DNA from: Phoronis australis | Lineage: Eukaryota > Animalia > Phoronida | DNA length: 64,000 bases | Direction of reading: 5' to 3' | NCBI GenBank assembly: GCA_002633005.1 | Contig: NMRA01000696.1 | Location: forward strand, 136,006 to 200,005 | Part shown: positions 11,801 to 24,900 of the stretch, piece after piece | Position numbering within the stretch: the stretch's first letter is position 1 | How the letters are laid out: each line of letters starts with the position of its first letter | Made by a program: the position numbers and the translations under genes | The notes under the pieces: generated by a model | Seen by the model: only the letters and a program-made list of their open reading frames with translations | What the model was told of the DNA's origin: nothing | Databases searched by the model: none

Positions 11801-14182
11801 GGTTGTGGAGGTACTCCTCCGGTACCTATTTTCCCAATTATGCAGGTATTGTGTAGGTCTGAATATTAAGGGCACAGTGTTACCGATACACTCATTATAG
11901 ATAGGACTCTTCCGATGAAATCTTATTTATCGTTACCGTCTACGCTTTAAAATATACAGTGCCAAATTTTAGAATTTTTAATTCAGTTATTTCTGTCTGC
12001 AAGCATCAGAAAGAGTATTTAAGAGAGAGCATAAAAGCTGGGAATTGCACTCTAGCAGTTTCTAAATAATTGGACAGTCAGGTGGTGACACCATCTTGCC
12101 TATTGCCAAAGTCTCATGGAAATTGACATTTCATGGGTCCACTCAAAAATAGTTGTTGTTCGTTGATCACAACATAAGCATTACTCCAACTTGAGTCAAT
12201 CCACATTTACCATGGGAAAAATAGGTCATCTTAACATTATCATGTGACCCTGCCATGCCTTTCGTAAGGGGAAAACATAGGTTCTCAAAACTGCGACGAC
12301 AGACCAGTTCTTTTAATTGAAAAATTGACTTACAGCATAGAATGATAGTGCTTGGCACACTGTGGTGGTCATGGTAAGCTTCATTTTTAACAACTGAACT
12401 GCATTGACGTCCTCTGTTTGCACAAGTGCACAAGTGCAGCAAGGCTAACGTCCCAACATATCAATCCCATCACCCTTTCAGCAGACGCAGGCCCAATATG
12501 ACACATTTCATCAAAAGGTGAGCAGCAAGACTTCCAGCTATGTCATTAAATACAAACTAAATACAAACTAAATACAAACTAAATACAAACTAAACTGACC
12601 CCACATTCAATTTCTAGATGATCTTTGGATGATAAACATGATTATTATCTTACCTGCCCTCATGAGCGTTAAAATAAAATTTACCAAGTCACCTGGAAAT
12701 GGTTGTTAATGAATAATATAATTTTGTGCCAATAAAACTCACATGATTACTTACATGATTACTTCGAACGAGTCTAAATAAATGTCAAATATAATAACAA
12801 CCTCAAGCTGCCTTACCATTAAGTGAAAAGATTATCGACTTCTTTGAACAATAGTTAGAAATTTATTTACCACCTCACTTGAATTACAACAAAGTTTCAA
12901 CACATATGATGCATGTTCAGCAAATTACATTGCTCTGCCGTCTGCTTCACGTGGTGATTTTGAAAGTCTGCGGTAAGTACACTCTCTTTTGCAAGTTGTA
13001 TTTACGTCACTTCATCCCTTGTCATGTAAACGAACGTGAATTTACTTGAACCTTAATACATCACTATGCCGTTTTACGTGTTAATTGCAATAGAAAAACA
13101 TATAAAAAAGCAAGACTTGGTCAAAAAACGGGTGTCCGAATTTCTCTCCAACTTTTTTGCTGCTACGAAATTCGTACACCATGCTTTAAGACTACTAATG
13201 GTAGACATTTTTCTTGACGCTCGTTTCAGAGTTTTCCGTACTCACGTGATGACCTTCTGTGTTAAGGGGGTCAATTCACAACTTAATTTTTCAACAACAT
13301 GCAGGCCGCACACAAATTGGTAATGGCGGACATACTTTTACATTGTTATGTGGCCAGGACATGATTCCTCAAGTTTTATTATTCGTCCTACGACAACATT
13401 ACTAAATAATACCTAAATTCATTTTTGGAAATCATATAGAACTATTATGTATTTTGCCCAAGTTTTACCTATTCAGAAAGGTCTGAATTTCCCGACATTC
13501 TGTCCGACTTTCCCTACCAGCCTCTGAATTTCCCCAATTTTGACCATTGTTATTATTCTTAACACTCAAAGGCCTTAAAGCTGAACTAGTAATGAAGAGT
13601 CTCATTGGTTGATTTCTCAAAAGATTCCCCTATCAATAATTTTCCACTCTCCCGAAAGTTACTTTGCAAAATGTGTGGCGTGATAGAGAATTCTGGTGCG
13701 ACTTCATACAATTTCGACGTTTTGAGCTTATCTTGCAAATTGTCATGCTTATTTATTGCGGATGATGTATTTAATGTGGCTTATTTATAGTTTTTATCAA
13801 AATTACTAAAAAGCATTAAAATAAGTGGGAATTACCCTTTTTGACTTCTTGCCTTCTTGGTCACCACGTCCGGGGGACAGTAATAGGTGTTATTCATTTT
13901 TGCACCTGCATTTCCTTCGAGACCAATTTTATTCACATTGACTTCTTTAAATAGTAAGCAAGTAAGAACCAAGAACATACACTTAATTTCGTAGACTAGT
14001 AGAGAGGTATCAAATAGATAGCACTCACTTTTTTGATGAAACGCAAAAAAGAGAATTGAAAATTCCCTCCAGAAATTTTGCATACTTACACTTCGTAATG
14101 TCTTGAAACCAAACTGTTCAAATTGGTCTGCATACTGTTTGCACATGAAGGTCTCGAGCCATCGTGCTACAGGTCCGGACAT
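8721..14182 (-). CDS. N-terminal SAM-domain protein, first two coding exons; 3' part not located
   Basis: Exon 14182-14090 MSGPVARWLETFMCKQYADQFEQFGFKTLRS (|gtaagt) plus exon 8823-8721 VCQLQPSHLRAMQIAPEHSDKILENVSVLRQTMH (ttttag| ... G|gtaagt) join in phase 0 into a SAM pattern (V..WL....QY...F...G....L..L...M.I...H..KIL..V..LR). Confidence 0.8.
8927..10295 (+). mobile_element. Non-autonomous Kolobok DNA transposon (KolX stub on +, THAP stub on -), in SAM gene intron 1
   Basis: TTAA TSD (8923-26 and 10296-99); TIR AGGAGCATGCCACC / GGTGGCATTCTCCT; + strand MATRNPDLDESSSDEDF...GYQFEPEYSDEEILERR; - strand SFF.LPRESEMLRKWLTVVKNE...VCG (THAP). Confidence 0.88.
10482..10967. mobile_element. hAT MITE with 8-bp TSD
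   Basis: TIR CAGGCCTTTAT / ATAAAGGCCTG; perfect TSD GTGCCATG; second copy at 25685-26142. Confidence 0.9.
12547..12595. repeat. 11-bp tandem repeat, ~4 copies
   Basis: (taaatacaaac)n. Confidence 0.9.
14090..14182 (-). CDS. SAM-domain gene coding exon 1
   Basis: ATG 14182-14180; donor AGT|gtaagt; start of ORF 13832..14194. Confidence 0.8.
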
Positions 14183-14385
14183 TTTTTGAAACAACTAATA
14201 ATCACAGGCTAGTATTTTGCCCGAAATCTCGAAACATCATCATGTTATTATGGCTGCCAACCACGTGACATGTCTTTCAGGAAAAGGCGAAGGTCACCGA
14301 AAACATACTTTAACGCCCCTAGCGAACACAGCTTCAACTATCTGGGAGATCACTCAGTCACCTCACTAGCCCTGAGTTCTGTAAC

Positions 14386-14491
14386 GCTAGGACCTCGCTG
14401 AAAAGCAAGTCTTCACGAGATTACGTGAGATATTGCAGTATATTTTAAATGAAAACATGTGATTTTGACTAGATTTTAGCGAGGTCCTAGC
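14386..14491. repeat. Short inverted-repeat (MITE-like) unit upstream of the SAM gene
   Basis: GCTAGGACCTCGCTGAAAA ... TTTTAGCGAGGTCCTAGC. Confidence 0.6.
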
Positions 14492-15749
14492 TTTACTGAA
14501 TTCCATCCTGGGTTGAGTAGTAGACGTAAGAATCTCACGAGGGAAGCTTGTTGTATTATATGTAGCCACGGTGTATTGGGGACGATCAGAAGCTGAGGAC
14601 GCCTGTGGTTTGACTGTTGTATACCACATGTTCAAGGTTACACTTGTAATACGTCCTCGCAGTCTTACGGGATCTTGCTTTTTTGCGAAATTCTCGTGCT
14701 TTTGGAATACACGTAAGGGGCCTAGCCAAAAAACTAAGACATGGATTTAAGTCAATTTTAAGATGACTTCAGATTTGTCTTAAGTCCGTTCCAAGAAAGT
14801 GATATTGAGTTTAACTTAAGTTTCCTTACTTGAGTTTTGTCTATAAGTTCAACTAACTTACCAGATGTGGAAGTATCAAAGTTTGGAAGTTGAGACAAAA
14901 AATCTTAGACTTAAGTAAGAAGTGAACTTGAGTCAGTTTCTTGGAACGAGCCCCAGAACAGTACACACTGGTAGGCCTATTAACCGGAACTCTTCAAAAA
15001 ACGGACATGAGTTTTAAAAAATTATAGATTCGAGTCTAATGATCTGGTCCACTAAATTCGCTATTATGACTGTCAGTGAAAGATTAGGTGCATGCTCCTG
15101 TACTAGGTACACACCAGTTGACTTATAGAGAAATCCTCGAGAAGAAAGTGTTTAAAATGATGTGAGTGGCAACTTGACTTGGTCGTTAGCCTACAAAAGT
15201 GTAGACACTGACGAGCAGTGATTATTTTTCGTTATAAAATGAAAAGTAAGAATGGACAGCACACTCCAGCAATGGTTATCACTAATTAATAGTTAATTAG
15301 TAACTAATTCTAACCTTCTTTTCAACACGGATAGTAACTCATTGTACTGATTTTGGAAGATCACTGACTTTCATGGTAGCACAGACTACAATTTCCACCG
15401 GATCCACTTTTTATTACCTGAAGTGGCACATCTGATTTTCAGAACTAAAAAGCGCACACTTGGATGTTTTTCCAGAAGGGGCTCTATAGTCTACAGCCAG
15501 TCTTTTAGTGTGTCCAGTCGGATGCCCTCTGAGTTCGTTTGATTTCGCCTCCTCAAATGACATATTCGTGTACAACTTGAAATATACTTTAAAACATGAC
15601 GTTGACTTATTAATAAAGCAAACTAAAAACGAACTTAGTATTTTGCGGGTTCGACCGCACTTAAATATAAACTTTAATATGATCAACAGTGATAGGACAA
15701 GGTGCATGCACTAAACGGAGAATTCGGAAACTCTTGCCTGAAGAACAGT

Positions 15750-16080
15750 ATACTGCATTCTGAAGTTCCAGAATCTCGTGCATTAGACCCTGGAACTCAC
15801 AAACGGCATCTAGCTAGACTTCTCTGCGGACCATGCTGCACAGCCCGGTGCCCGGCAGCGCACAAAATTGTTCTCTAGCACATTCCCCACCTGACCACTT
15901 TCCCCCGAATATATGTCTTTGCTCGGTGACGGACCACCATTCTAATGCACACGAAAGCTATTCTGCCTCGCAACCCGCACTCCCTTCTCTTCTCGTCGTT
16001 TCATTAACACCGAACTGGCGATAGCCTAGTATTGAAAATCTCTCCGCTCAAATCACTGAAGTTTCCCTTGTAAACATATT
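15750..16080 (-). pseudogene. Possible pogo-type (Brinker/HTH) transposase remnant
   Basis: Frameshifted MFTRE..KLQ..AERFS...RQFGVNETT...VRWG..LENN; heavily decayed. Confidence 0.3.
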
Positions 16081-18768
16081 CCAACCATTGATTATTCATT
16101 TTCAACAGAATCATTTCTCAGCTGCCTTTAAGCTTTAAAAAAACAAAACAAATATTCAAACAGTGACGCCTGTTGACTGTTGATAATGGCCAGTGAAAAT
16201 ACTATTGCACCCACTTTGGGCCCAGCAATACAAGTCGCCGATTGTTCTCATATGCCACGATGAACCCATGAGCAACATCGATAAAATTTTTCAGTGAAAT
16301 TTGATTAACTATATATTATTCACAGTATTAAGAGAAACACAGTTTTTGTTTGATTTCAATATTTTCAAACAATTCATTGAAAGAAATGAAACAGTATCGG
16401 AAAATAGTCCTATCGACGAGTTCGTCCATGAGAGATGTGGCACCGTGGACAGGGAATAATTTGGGGAAGCTGAGTTGGTTTGTCCGCCAGCAAAGAAACT
16501 TATGTACGAGAGAATACTTTTTTATGGGCGGACAGTAACGGGATCTGATAAAGCAAACATAACGTGGACAGTTTGGGGCTATTAGTTGGAGCCTCTCGTA
16601 GTGCCTCACCAACAGGTAGGCCTACCTCTCACTTTTCGCTCGTCTTTAGCATTTTGGGCCCGTCCAATTTTAGGCCCATCCTTTCATTCGAAATTGACTT
16701 TCCCATTGGCAGTCCGACGACCATTTTTCAGGTTGATCTTCATTGATTTATTGTACTGCGCTCGGCTTGCGAGAGAATTCATTCACAAAAAATCACGTGC
16801 ACCCAAATGTAGTCACAAAAACAACTTTTGATTTAGACAACTTGGTTATGAAATTGGTCTAAAATTGTTCCTTAGTCAAATTAGAGGTGATTTTAGTGTT
16901 TCTTCGGCGTTACTATTCGGGACTGGGCTTCACAAGTTGGGGATTGTCACTGCGGGTCATTTTATGCACTGAGCAAGATTCACGGAATAATGAACTGTAA
17001 GACAAGAAATCACTTTCAATGTCTCATCTGAACAAGAAACGAGCCGAGATCACTATATAGCGAAAAGTGGTCTAAATCAACACCACTTCTTCATAGCAAC
17101 CCAAGGTCTACATTGAACGGTAATACTTGTTAATTTACTTCTTACAATATCAAGGACGCCAGACCCGGTTTTGATATTAAAAATGGCGTTCCCATATAGT
17201 CCACTGAAACAAAAAAAATGCCTTGTAACCCGAGGTCGACAACCCTCAAATATTTTAAATATCTCAAGCAAAACATGAAAATTCTACCGTCCACCAAGTA
17301 CCATAATATCCTATCTGGGACAGAGAAAAAACGAGTTTTAGTTGAATCCTGCTTTTATCACTCGAGTTGGACGGTGCATTACTACGTGGCAGAACGAGGA
17401 TTGATTGAAATCATCAAAACAGGGTTTAGTATCTTTTTCAATATATCACCGACTACACTAAAGTAATAAATATCCAAATGCAATCAACGGTTAGGTTTGT
17501 TGCCGTACTTTCTCACATCAACTCTAGAATCTTTAGTATTCAAGCGAATTCAAGCAACTGCGAACATCAACCACATTGGTATTCCATTCGATAAACTGTT
17601 ACCAACGGCAAATAAATACTTATATCGGTTTTACCAGAAACTTTCACTACTGTTATCAGCTGTTGTCGTTCGCTCTTTATGCGCGGTGACGTATCATTTT
17701 GCGTTTTCAAATTGTGCTTTCTTGTGTTCTTAAACCATTGGTAACACTACCTGGACAGTCCAATACATAAGAATAACAAAAAGCCGGTCAAGAAAGGCTT
17801 TAAAGAGGCATGGAACGCGAAAGCTCGTCAAAACATGTTTTAAATTATTCCTGACGAAAGTACCATCTCGGAACGTCTACTACAGACTATTTCACTTTTC
17901 CTGGCAGGGAATTTCCAGAAACAATCACAAAATTCACGATTTTGGAAATACGTTCGAAGGAAAAAACTGTAGTCACCAGAGTTTCTTATCTCCCTCTCAC
18001 TTAAGATAAATTCGCGCAAGCTCTCACAGTCATTAGAAAAAACATTGGACAAGGTAATGCGTAGCAGCTTTAAAATATTGATTTATTTTGGGAAGTCTTT
18101 AATCTCAGTATAAAATAAATATATACACAAAACGGACGGAGAGTAGCGTAGATGAATATCCCACGAAACATAATAATGATGTAGAGTGAGATATTATTTC
18201 ATCAACGCCAATCGAGCTACCTTTTTGTATTTATCCCATAGGCTTCCAAGTCCTAAGTTTCTTTCATTTTTTTGCAGATTTTTTAATGTTTCACCCAGAT
18301 TGTTTACCTGGCGGATCACATATTCTCAAGTTAGTAAAAGAACCTGTTTTAAATGTAATATTTATTACTTGAAAAAGATAACAAAGATGAAAAGAACAAT
18401 AATTGTGCATTGAACTTGTAAAATTTCCTCAATATAGTTAAATAACAACATTTAATATTGTAGTTACGAGGAATCCGCGCCCGACTTGCAAACGATATAT
18501 TTAGCAATTGAAAACTGAGACAGAAGTGTCTTATAATAAACAGTTTTGTACCAGATGTTACACGTGGGACCTGATTGCATGTTAAGTGTTATTTATACTG
18601 CTGCTACCCACGTGGAGTCGACATTGACCTACCTTTTGAACTTTCCATGTCAAAGGGCACTGTTGAAGTAGTCCGGGAGTGCAATACAAAACACAGTATC
18701 ACATGGACGTATGGCACTGGACTCATTCAATGCGTATGGAATAAACGTCTCTTCTAGCAAATGCAAAT

Positions 18769-18774
18769 TTTATT
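18769..18774 (-). promoter_or_regulatory. Probable PRPF31 polyadenylation signal AATAAA
   Basis: tttatt on + strand about 70 nt after the stop codon, followed by a T/GT-rich stretch on the minus strand. Confidence 0.55.
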
Positions 18775-18841
18775 AATAATAGAGTATATTTACAAAAAAA
18801 TCATACATTTTTCCAAACTATGAGTCACAATAAGATGTCAG

Positions 18842-18943
18842 TTATTTCTTCAACTTCAGGAATCCTCCAGTTGATGAAAAGTACTTTTCATTTGCTTCCT
18901 GCACTTTCCTTTCTGCTGCCAAAGGATTGACAATCTCAAGGCC
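18842..18943 (-). CDS. PRPF31: PRPF31 coding exon 11 (GLEIVNPLAAERKVQEANEKYFSS...LKK*)
   Basis: Acceptor ttgcag|GGC; TAA at 18844-18842. Confidence 0.95.
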   Translation of the reverse strand, partial: GLEIVNPLAAERKVQEANEKYFSSTGGFLKLKK

Positions 18944-21900
18944 CTGCAAGGAAATGAATGCTAGATAGAACATTACATGCTATAGAATGCACAATGGCCC
19001 AGCAAACACTTGTCAAATAGTTGAAACAGCATCCACAGTCAAAATGTATTGATTGTATTGATACTGCAAGCTTAAACTGTCTATTCCAAAAACAGCAAAA
19101 TTGCTAGCTTCAACTGTTTAACAGTCTATTAACAGCACATTAAATTCATGATCCTTAGACATATTAAAAACAAGTACAATACAGCCCCTTGGATCACTGT
19201 CATTAACCAGGTTGAACAAACGTTTTCTGCAGTATGTTAAAAAAACACCAAGCAGCACTCTGTTAAAACAGACTAACTTACGGTTCATATCACGTCTGCC
19301 TGCATATGTTTTTGATTTCCTACCAGTAACTGTATCACATAACATCATAAAACTGATCTCAAATTGTATCTTTCTCAGATTAAGATGCATTTTTTGGCTT
19401 GAGAAGAAGTGTCACTTGGTCATACTCAGTACATGAAAACCAGCCGCAAGGGGAGACAACTTTGTTGAGATTGGTCTAAAGCAATAACAGTCTGCCAATT
19501 TATTCAACTCCCAAAATCCATTCTAGTTTGAGTACGTAATAAGTTTATAAGTGATTGGTTCCCATCATCAGCTCTTTGAGAGAAGACAGCTTCATCGGAA
19601 AACAATTCGAAGTTAAATATGCAGGGTGAGGTGTTCTATGGACTACTTGGGTACCCCAGTGTAATTATATGAACTATACCAAGGCCACAGCCAGCTGTTG
19701 CAACAGAGAGGTGTGATTTTGTGATTAATTGACCTTCTATCCTCCTCTCACAAAGTCAATCAAGAACAAAACTAGCTTGGCTAAAGCCGACCACAATGGC
19801 TGGTTGGGGTGTATTGGTACACCTTTGACAAAAGGCATAAGACAGTTACCTGTAAAGGAGTGAAGGCCACACTAGATGCTGTACCAGAGATCTGCTTCTT
19901 AACTGTTGTACTGCCTCCCCATACATTCTGTTTCTGAATTTTTTGCTGGAAAAACAAAAAAAGCAAAAAATTTTGTTGGTATTTAAGCAGTACATCGGCA
20001 CACTGTAACAATAGGAAATGAGTACCCACATCCTGAAATACACAACTATGCTGTAGCTACCTGCAATGATGCACGCAAACATTAGTAGGTGGAGTGAGCT
20101 GCACCATGGTTAGAATCTAGCGAGAAAGTGGCTGTTCAATTATCTTAGTATTGCCTCATTTCAGATTCATGATTTTAGTCGCGTTATAAACACGGAGTTT
20201 GATGATTGTGCAGTGTCCTTGCACCAACAGGATGATACGGCTAAGAACATTCTATTGTTTCTATTTCCACTTGTCATTTTTGTTATGCAGATTTTCACCT
20301 CGTAGCAAGCTCCATTTGTAGATCTATATCTCAACTTTCACCATGGTTGAAAACACAATGTATGATTCATTTTATTTCTATTATATAGGTTGTACCAGAT
20401 GTGAGCAGGCCTCGCATGTGGGCCCAATGCACTGATCACCTGGAAATATTTTTATGCTTTATTAATATATCGTTAAAACCGAGCTGAGGAGCTAGAAACC
20501 TGGCTCAAGGGTTTAGCAGTGTGACCTGGTGGGACTCGAACACATAGTCTGTATCTTTCACAAGAGAAAATGGCCTCATGTTAATCACAAATTATGAATC
20601 AAATGAAATCGCGTGTCCCCAATATATGGTAGTACTTGTAGTGTTTTGGATATCCTAGCTTTGGTCTTGTTGTCCACAACAGGCCCACGTATCCTTCCAG
20701 ACTTGTTCTTCAAAGTTCCCAATGAGAAGCCAAGATCTTCTTGATAAGCGTCCATTTCAATCTGAAATTCGTAATTTTACTTCTTAGTTACATTATGAAG
20801 CAGCATTCAAATTTACAAGTGAATGCCACTTGCTTCAAGAGCAGTTAACTGTTATGATGTATATATGTAGGCCTATGTATGTTATGAAGAATATATGTAG
20901 GCCTGTGTATCTTATCTATGTACGTAAGGATGAAGGTAAATGGTTAAGTAGGTTTGTCTGTAAATATGTATGTAGGTATGGAAGTGTCTGAGGAAATAAC
21001 GAGGGCTGCATTAGTGAGACTCAAGGGCTCAATGATGAATCATAACCTAACTTAAAAAATACCGAAGTTCTCCTCTGACAATTTCCAAAAACAAATTTTT
21101 CTTGAGCCCAACATCAGACTAAGAAAGAAAGTTACATCTAAAGTGAAATGCTACAAATTCTAATATTGGGCTCAAAGCAAATTGCATACCTATTAAAATT
21201 TAAGTTAAGAAAGTATATTGAGGTGAAGTTTATAGATTCATCAAATGAACATGGATGAAACATCACCTCTCCAAAAGTCATTCTGTTTGCCTGTTTCCTC
21301 ATTTCAGTCATTCCAAGCCTTTCCTTCATTTTCCTTGCTCTACAATACAATGACTGACAATGGTGTTGGCTGTATGATCCACAGATAACAACCCACAATA
21401 TACAATATAATGACTGACAATGGTTTGACCGTATGGTCAACAAATAACAACCCACAATATACAATATAATGACTGACAATGGTTTAACTGTATGATCCAC
21501 AAATAACAACCCAAAACCCTACTTTAGAACCCACTGAACCTAGAGCTAAACTCACCACAAAAGGTCAACCTCACTTAGCAAACCCTACAGCAAACAGGAT
21601 TCACCTTGAGTTTGCTGATGAGATGCCATGCACACAGCACAGTGCATTTAAACATTCACACCATATACTCATCCATTTTTTCACTTATATTTACGTGTTC
21701 AAACTCATACTACAAGCCATTAAATTCGCAAAAGTGAATCATGTTAATAAAAATACTTCATTTGCATCCAAAAGTTTGCTAAGTAGACTCACAACCACTC
21801 TGCGTTAGGTTTAAAGTCTGGTGAACATCTCTAACATCTGGTTCCTAATTGGTCAATTAAGGATGAGGGCAACAGGTGACCATAAAAGCATTGCTTTTAC

Positions 21901-24900
21901 AACCTGAACTGGCAGAACTTGAGTCAGAATTCCCATAATGTGGAATGTTGTCCAATCACTATGTCCACCACTCACAATGTCACTGAAGCAGAATATGTTC
22001 TTTTGGTTGACAGCACAACTGTGTTTCTATTTTCATACCTCATGAAGGTTATTAATAAAAAAGGAATACCAGTGGCAGATTTAGAGGGAGGCCAAGGCTC
22101 CCACTAAAATTCTCCAAGATTCCATTGGGCAGTTCGGGAGTGCCTATGTCTGACAGGCAAAATCCTGGCTAATACTCTGCCCTGGCCCACCCTAGCTCAA
22201 AATCCTGGATCCGCCCATGAATACTGTGCAATTGAAAGCACTGAGCAACAATCTAATATCAATATTTGTCTAAAAATATAAAAAATAAGACCAATATAAG
22301 ACAATTTGAAATGTTAAGGTACGTATGCAAATCACATCGTGAAAAATATGACCAAAAGTCTTGTTTTTGAGATGTTCACCAGGCTCTAATGAAAAACGTA
22401 AATAAATAGATATAAGTTAGTGGCGTTTCCCATATGACACAGTCCTGCCCAACTGTTTCCCATACGACACAATCCTGCCCAACTGTTTCCCATATGACTC
22501 AATCCTGCTCAATTCGCTGCTCTGGCCCAAATCCCATCACCCACTACAATGGGTCACATCATCCCCCAGTGATTTGCATCTTAAATGGCAGTTTAAATTT
22601 TCAAGTGTGGGGTTCGAGTTTGCAAGCCCACGTCATTGTCAAATCTTGTTCAGTTCACGTCACTTCAGTTCACTGACCTCCGCCCTCCTCTCTTCTTCCT
22701 GGGAGCATCAATAGGTGCTGGTAGTGCCTTCACAGTCTTGACAGGTGGCGGCTCCTGCAGTTTATCTAGCTTCTCATCAATGTCTGCTCGTAGTTTGTGG
22801 CCAATTTGGCCTACATTGCTCTCATGGAAACTGTCCACTCGAGCAGCTAAGATGGACTTGGCAGCTACAAGACGGGCGGCCTTTCGTCGCAGATCCTGTA
22901 GGGAGGACCAGCTTTGAATGAATGTTATTACGTAAAATTCCCTACTCCATAAAACATTTTTGTAACCCATAAAAGGTGACAATACAGCACAAAACTAGTT
23001 GTATTGAGATAAAGCTTGCGATAAATCAAGTAATAAAGCATAACAGAGAATGAAAATGTATGTCTTATGTGGTAAAACAACTTGAATCAAATATCTATAT
23101 TTCTTGATTATATATGAGACTGAATATCAGGGCAGCAGCACCAACACAATACACTGAACATCAGGGCAGCAGCACCAACACAATACACTGAATATCAGGG
23201 CAGCAGCACCAACATAATACACTGAATATCACGGCAGCAGCACTAACACAATACACTGAATATCACGGCAGCAACACCAACACAATACACTGAAGCTTCC
23301 CTTTTAAAAAAGCCTGAGTCTGACTGACCCCGATTCCGTCAGTTGTGACAGGCTGGGTAATAAGAGGAGGCAGAATTAAAAGAACACTCTTGTCTACAAA
23401 GCAAGACCAAATCTTTTGAGAACTCAGAATAAAGTTACAAGAAATGAAAATAAACATTTTTCGCTTACCAAAGTAGAGATATAACAACCTACATCAACAA
23501 ACTGAGGATTGAAAACCGGTGCAATACAATCGTAATATGCACAAATACTCCTGTTTTGTTATTGAAGCCAACTCATTCATGACAAGAAATCCAAACTTGG
23601 CTATCAGCCTGCTCCACCTACACACACTACAGTACTTACAGGCTGTTAGCCTGCTCCAGCCACACACGGCTATTAGCCCGCTCCAGCCACACACGGCTAT
23701 TAGCCCGCTCCAGCCACACACGGCTATTAGCCCGCTCCAGCCACACACGGCTATTAGCCCGCTCCAGCCACACACGGCTATTAGCCCGCTCCAGCCACAC
23801 ATGGCTATTAGCCTGCTCCAGCCACACATGGCTATTAGCCTGCTTCAGCCACACATGGCTATTAGCCTGCTCCAGCCACACATGGCTGTTAGCCTGCTCC
23901 ACCCACACACGCTGCAGTACTTACTGGAGGAGTGCCTTGGACAACGTCACTGAAGTAGATAAAGCCAGTGTGGGGTAGTACGGCAGTTTGTGAGAACCCA
24001 GACAATGTTTTCTTCTGTTGACCTAGCAGTAGGACATTACATGCAGGCATCTTAGATAAGTTGGTCAAACCGCCCGCAGCACCTGAAATTGCAGAAATAG
24101 CACTATGACCAGAACCTCTGGTAACGGGCAGATATAGCATTCGGACCAGAGCCTCTGACAATGGGCAGATATAGCACTATGACCTGAGCCTCTGGTAATG
24201 GACAACTATTGCAGTGCCAAAGAAGCAGGCTGATTTGGTTTGCACTCTTTGGACCCCCTCATAGTTCAAATATGGTTATAGTAAAATCTCCCAATTTAGA
24301 ACAAAATATGTCACAAAAGTGAAATTTTGCTTTTTTATTTTTGTACAGAAGGTATGCAGTACCAAACATATTTCATCCTTTTAAATGTCTATACTATACC
24401 TACCACAACACAATAGTTATGAGAAGTTGAGGGCATTCACAGCAGTGTTAGAAGTCTATCAAAAAATGTTAATTTTGGCAATTATTTTGTCTGAAATTGG
24501 TAGATGTTACCATATGCATGATTACATCAAAATTCAATATCTTGGACTTTAAATTATGTGAACAGGTCGAAACCTTTTTATACTCAATGAACCAAGAAAT
24601 TTCAAGTAGTAAAATACATCAAATATTCAAGTCAGTTTCTGCAAACAAGCAAGCATAATAGATTCAACATCGTAAACAATAGTGAAAGTATCGGATATTC
24701 CACTCACCCATTATCTTAGCTGCAGTGGAGGCACCCACTATAACAGAGAGGTTGGGTGCAATAAAGGACATTCTGGACTCCACATAACTGAATATTGTGG
24801 CCTTACACTCAGTCAGACTGACAGCCATATTACACGCCTCCACAACGCGGTCCAATTCTTCCGAGGCGAGTTCATCACTGAATGACAAAGTTGCAATGGG

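Noticed and set aside
23494-23953. Repetitive ORFs (PLQPHTAIS)n, (CGWSGLIAV)n, (WLERANSRV)n
   Set aside because: Translations of a 27-bp intronic minisatellite, open in several frames on both strands.
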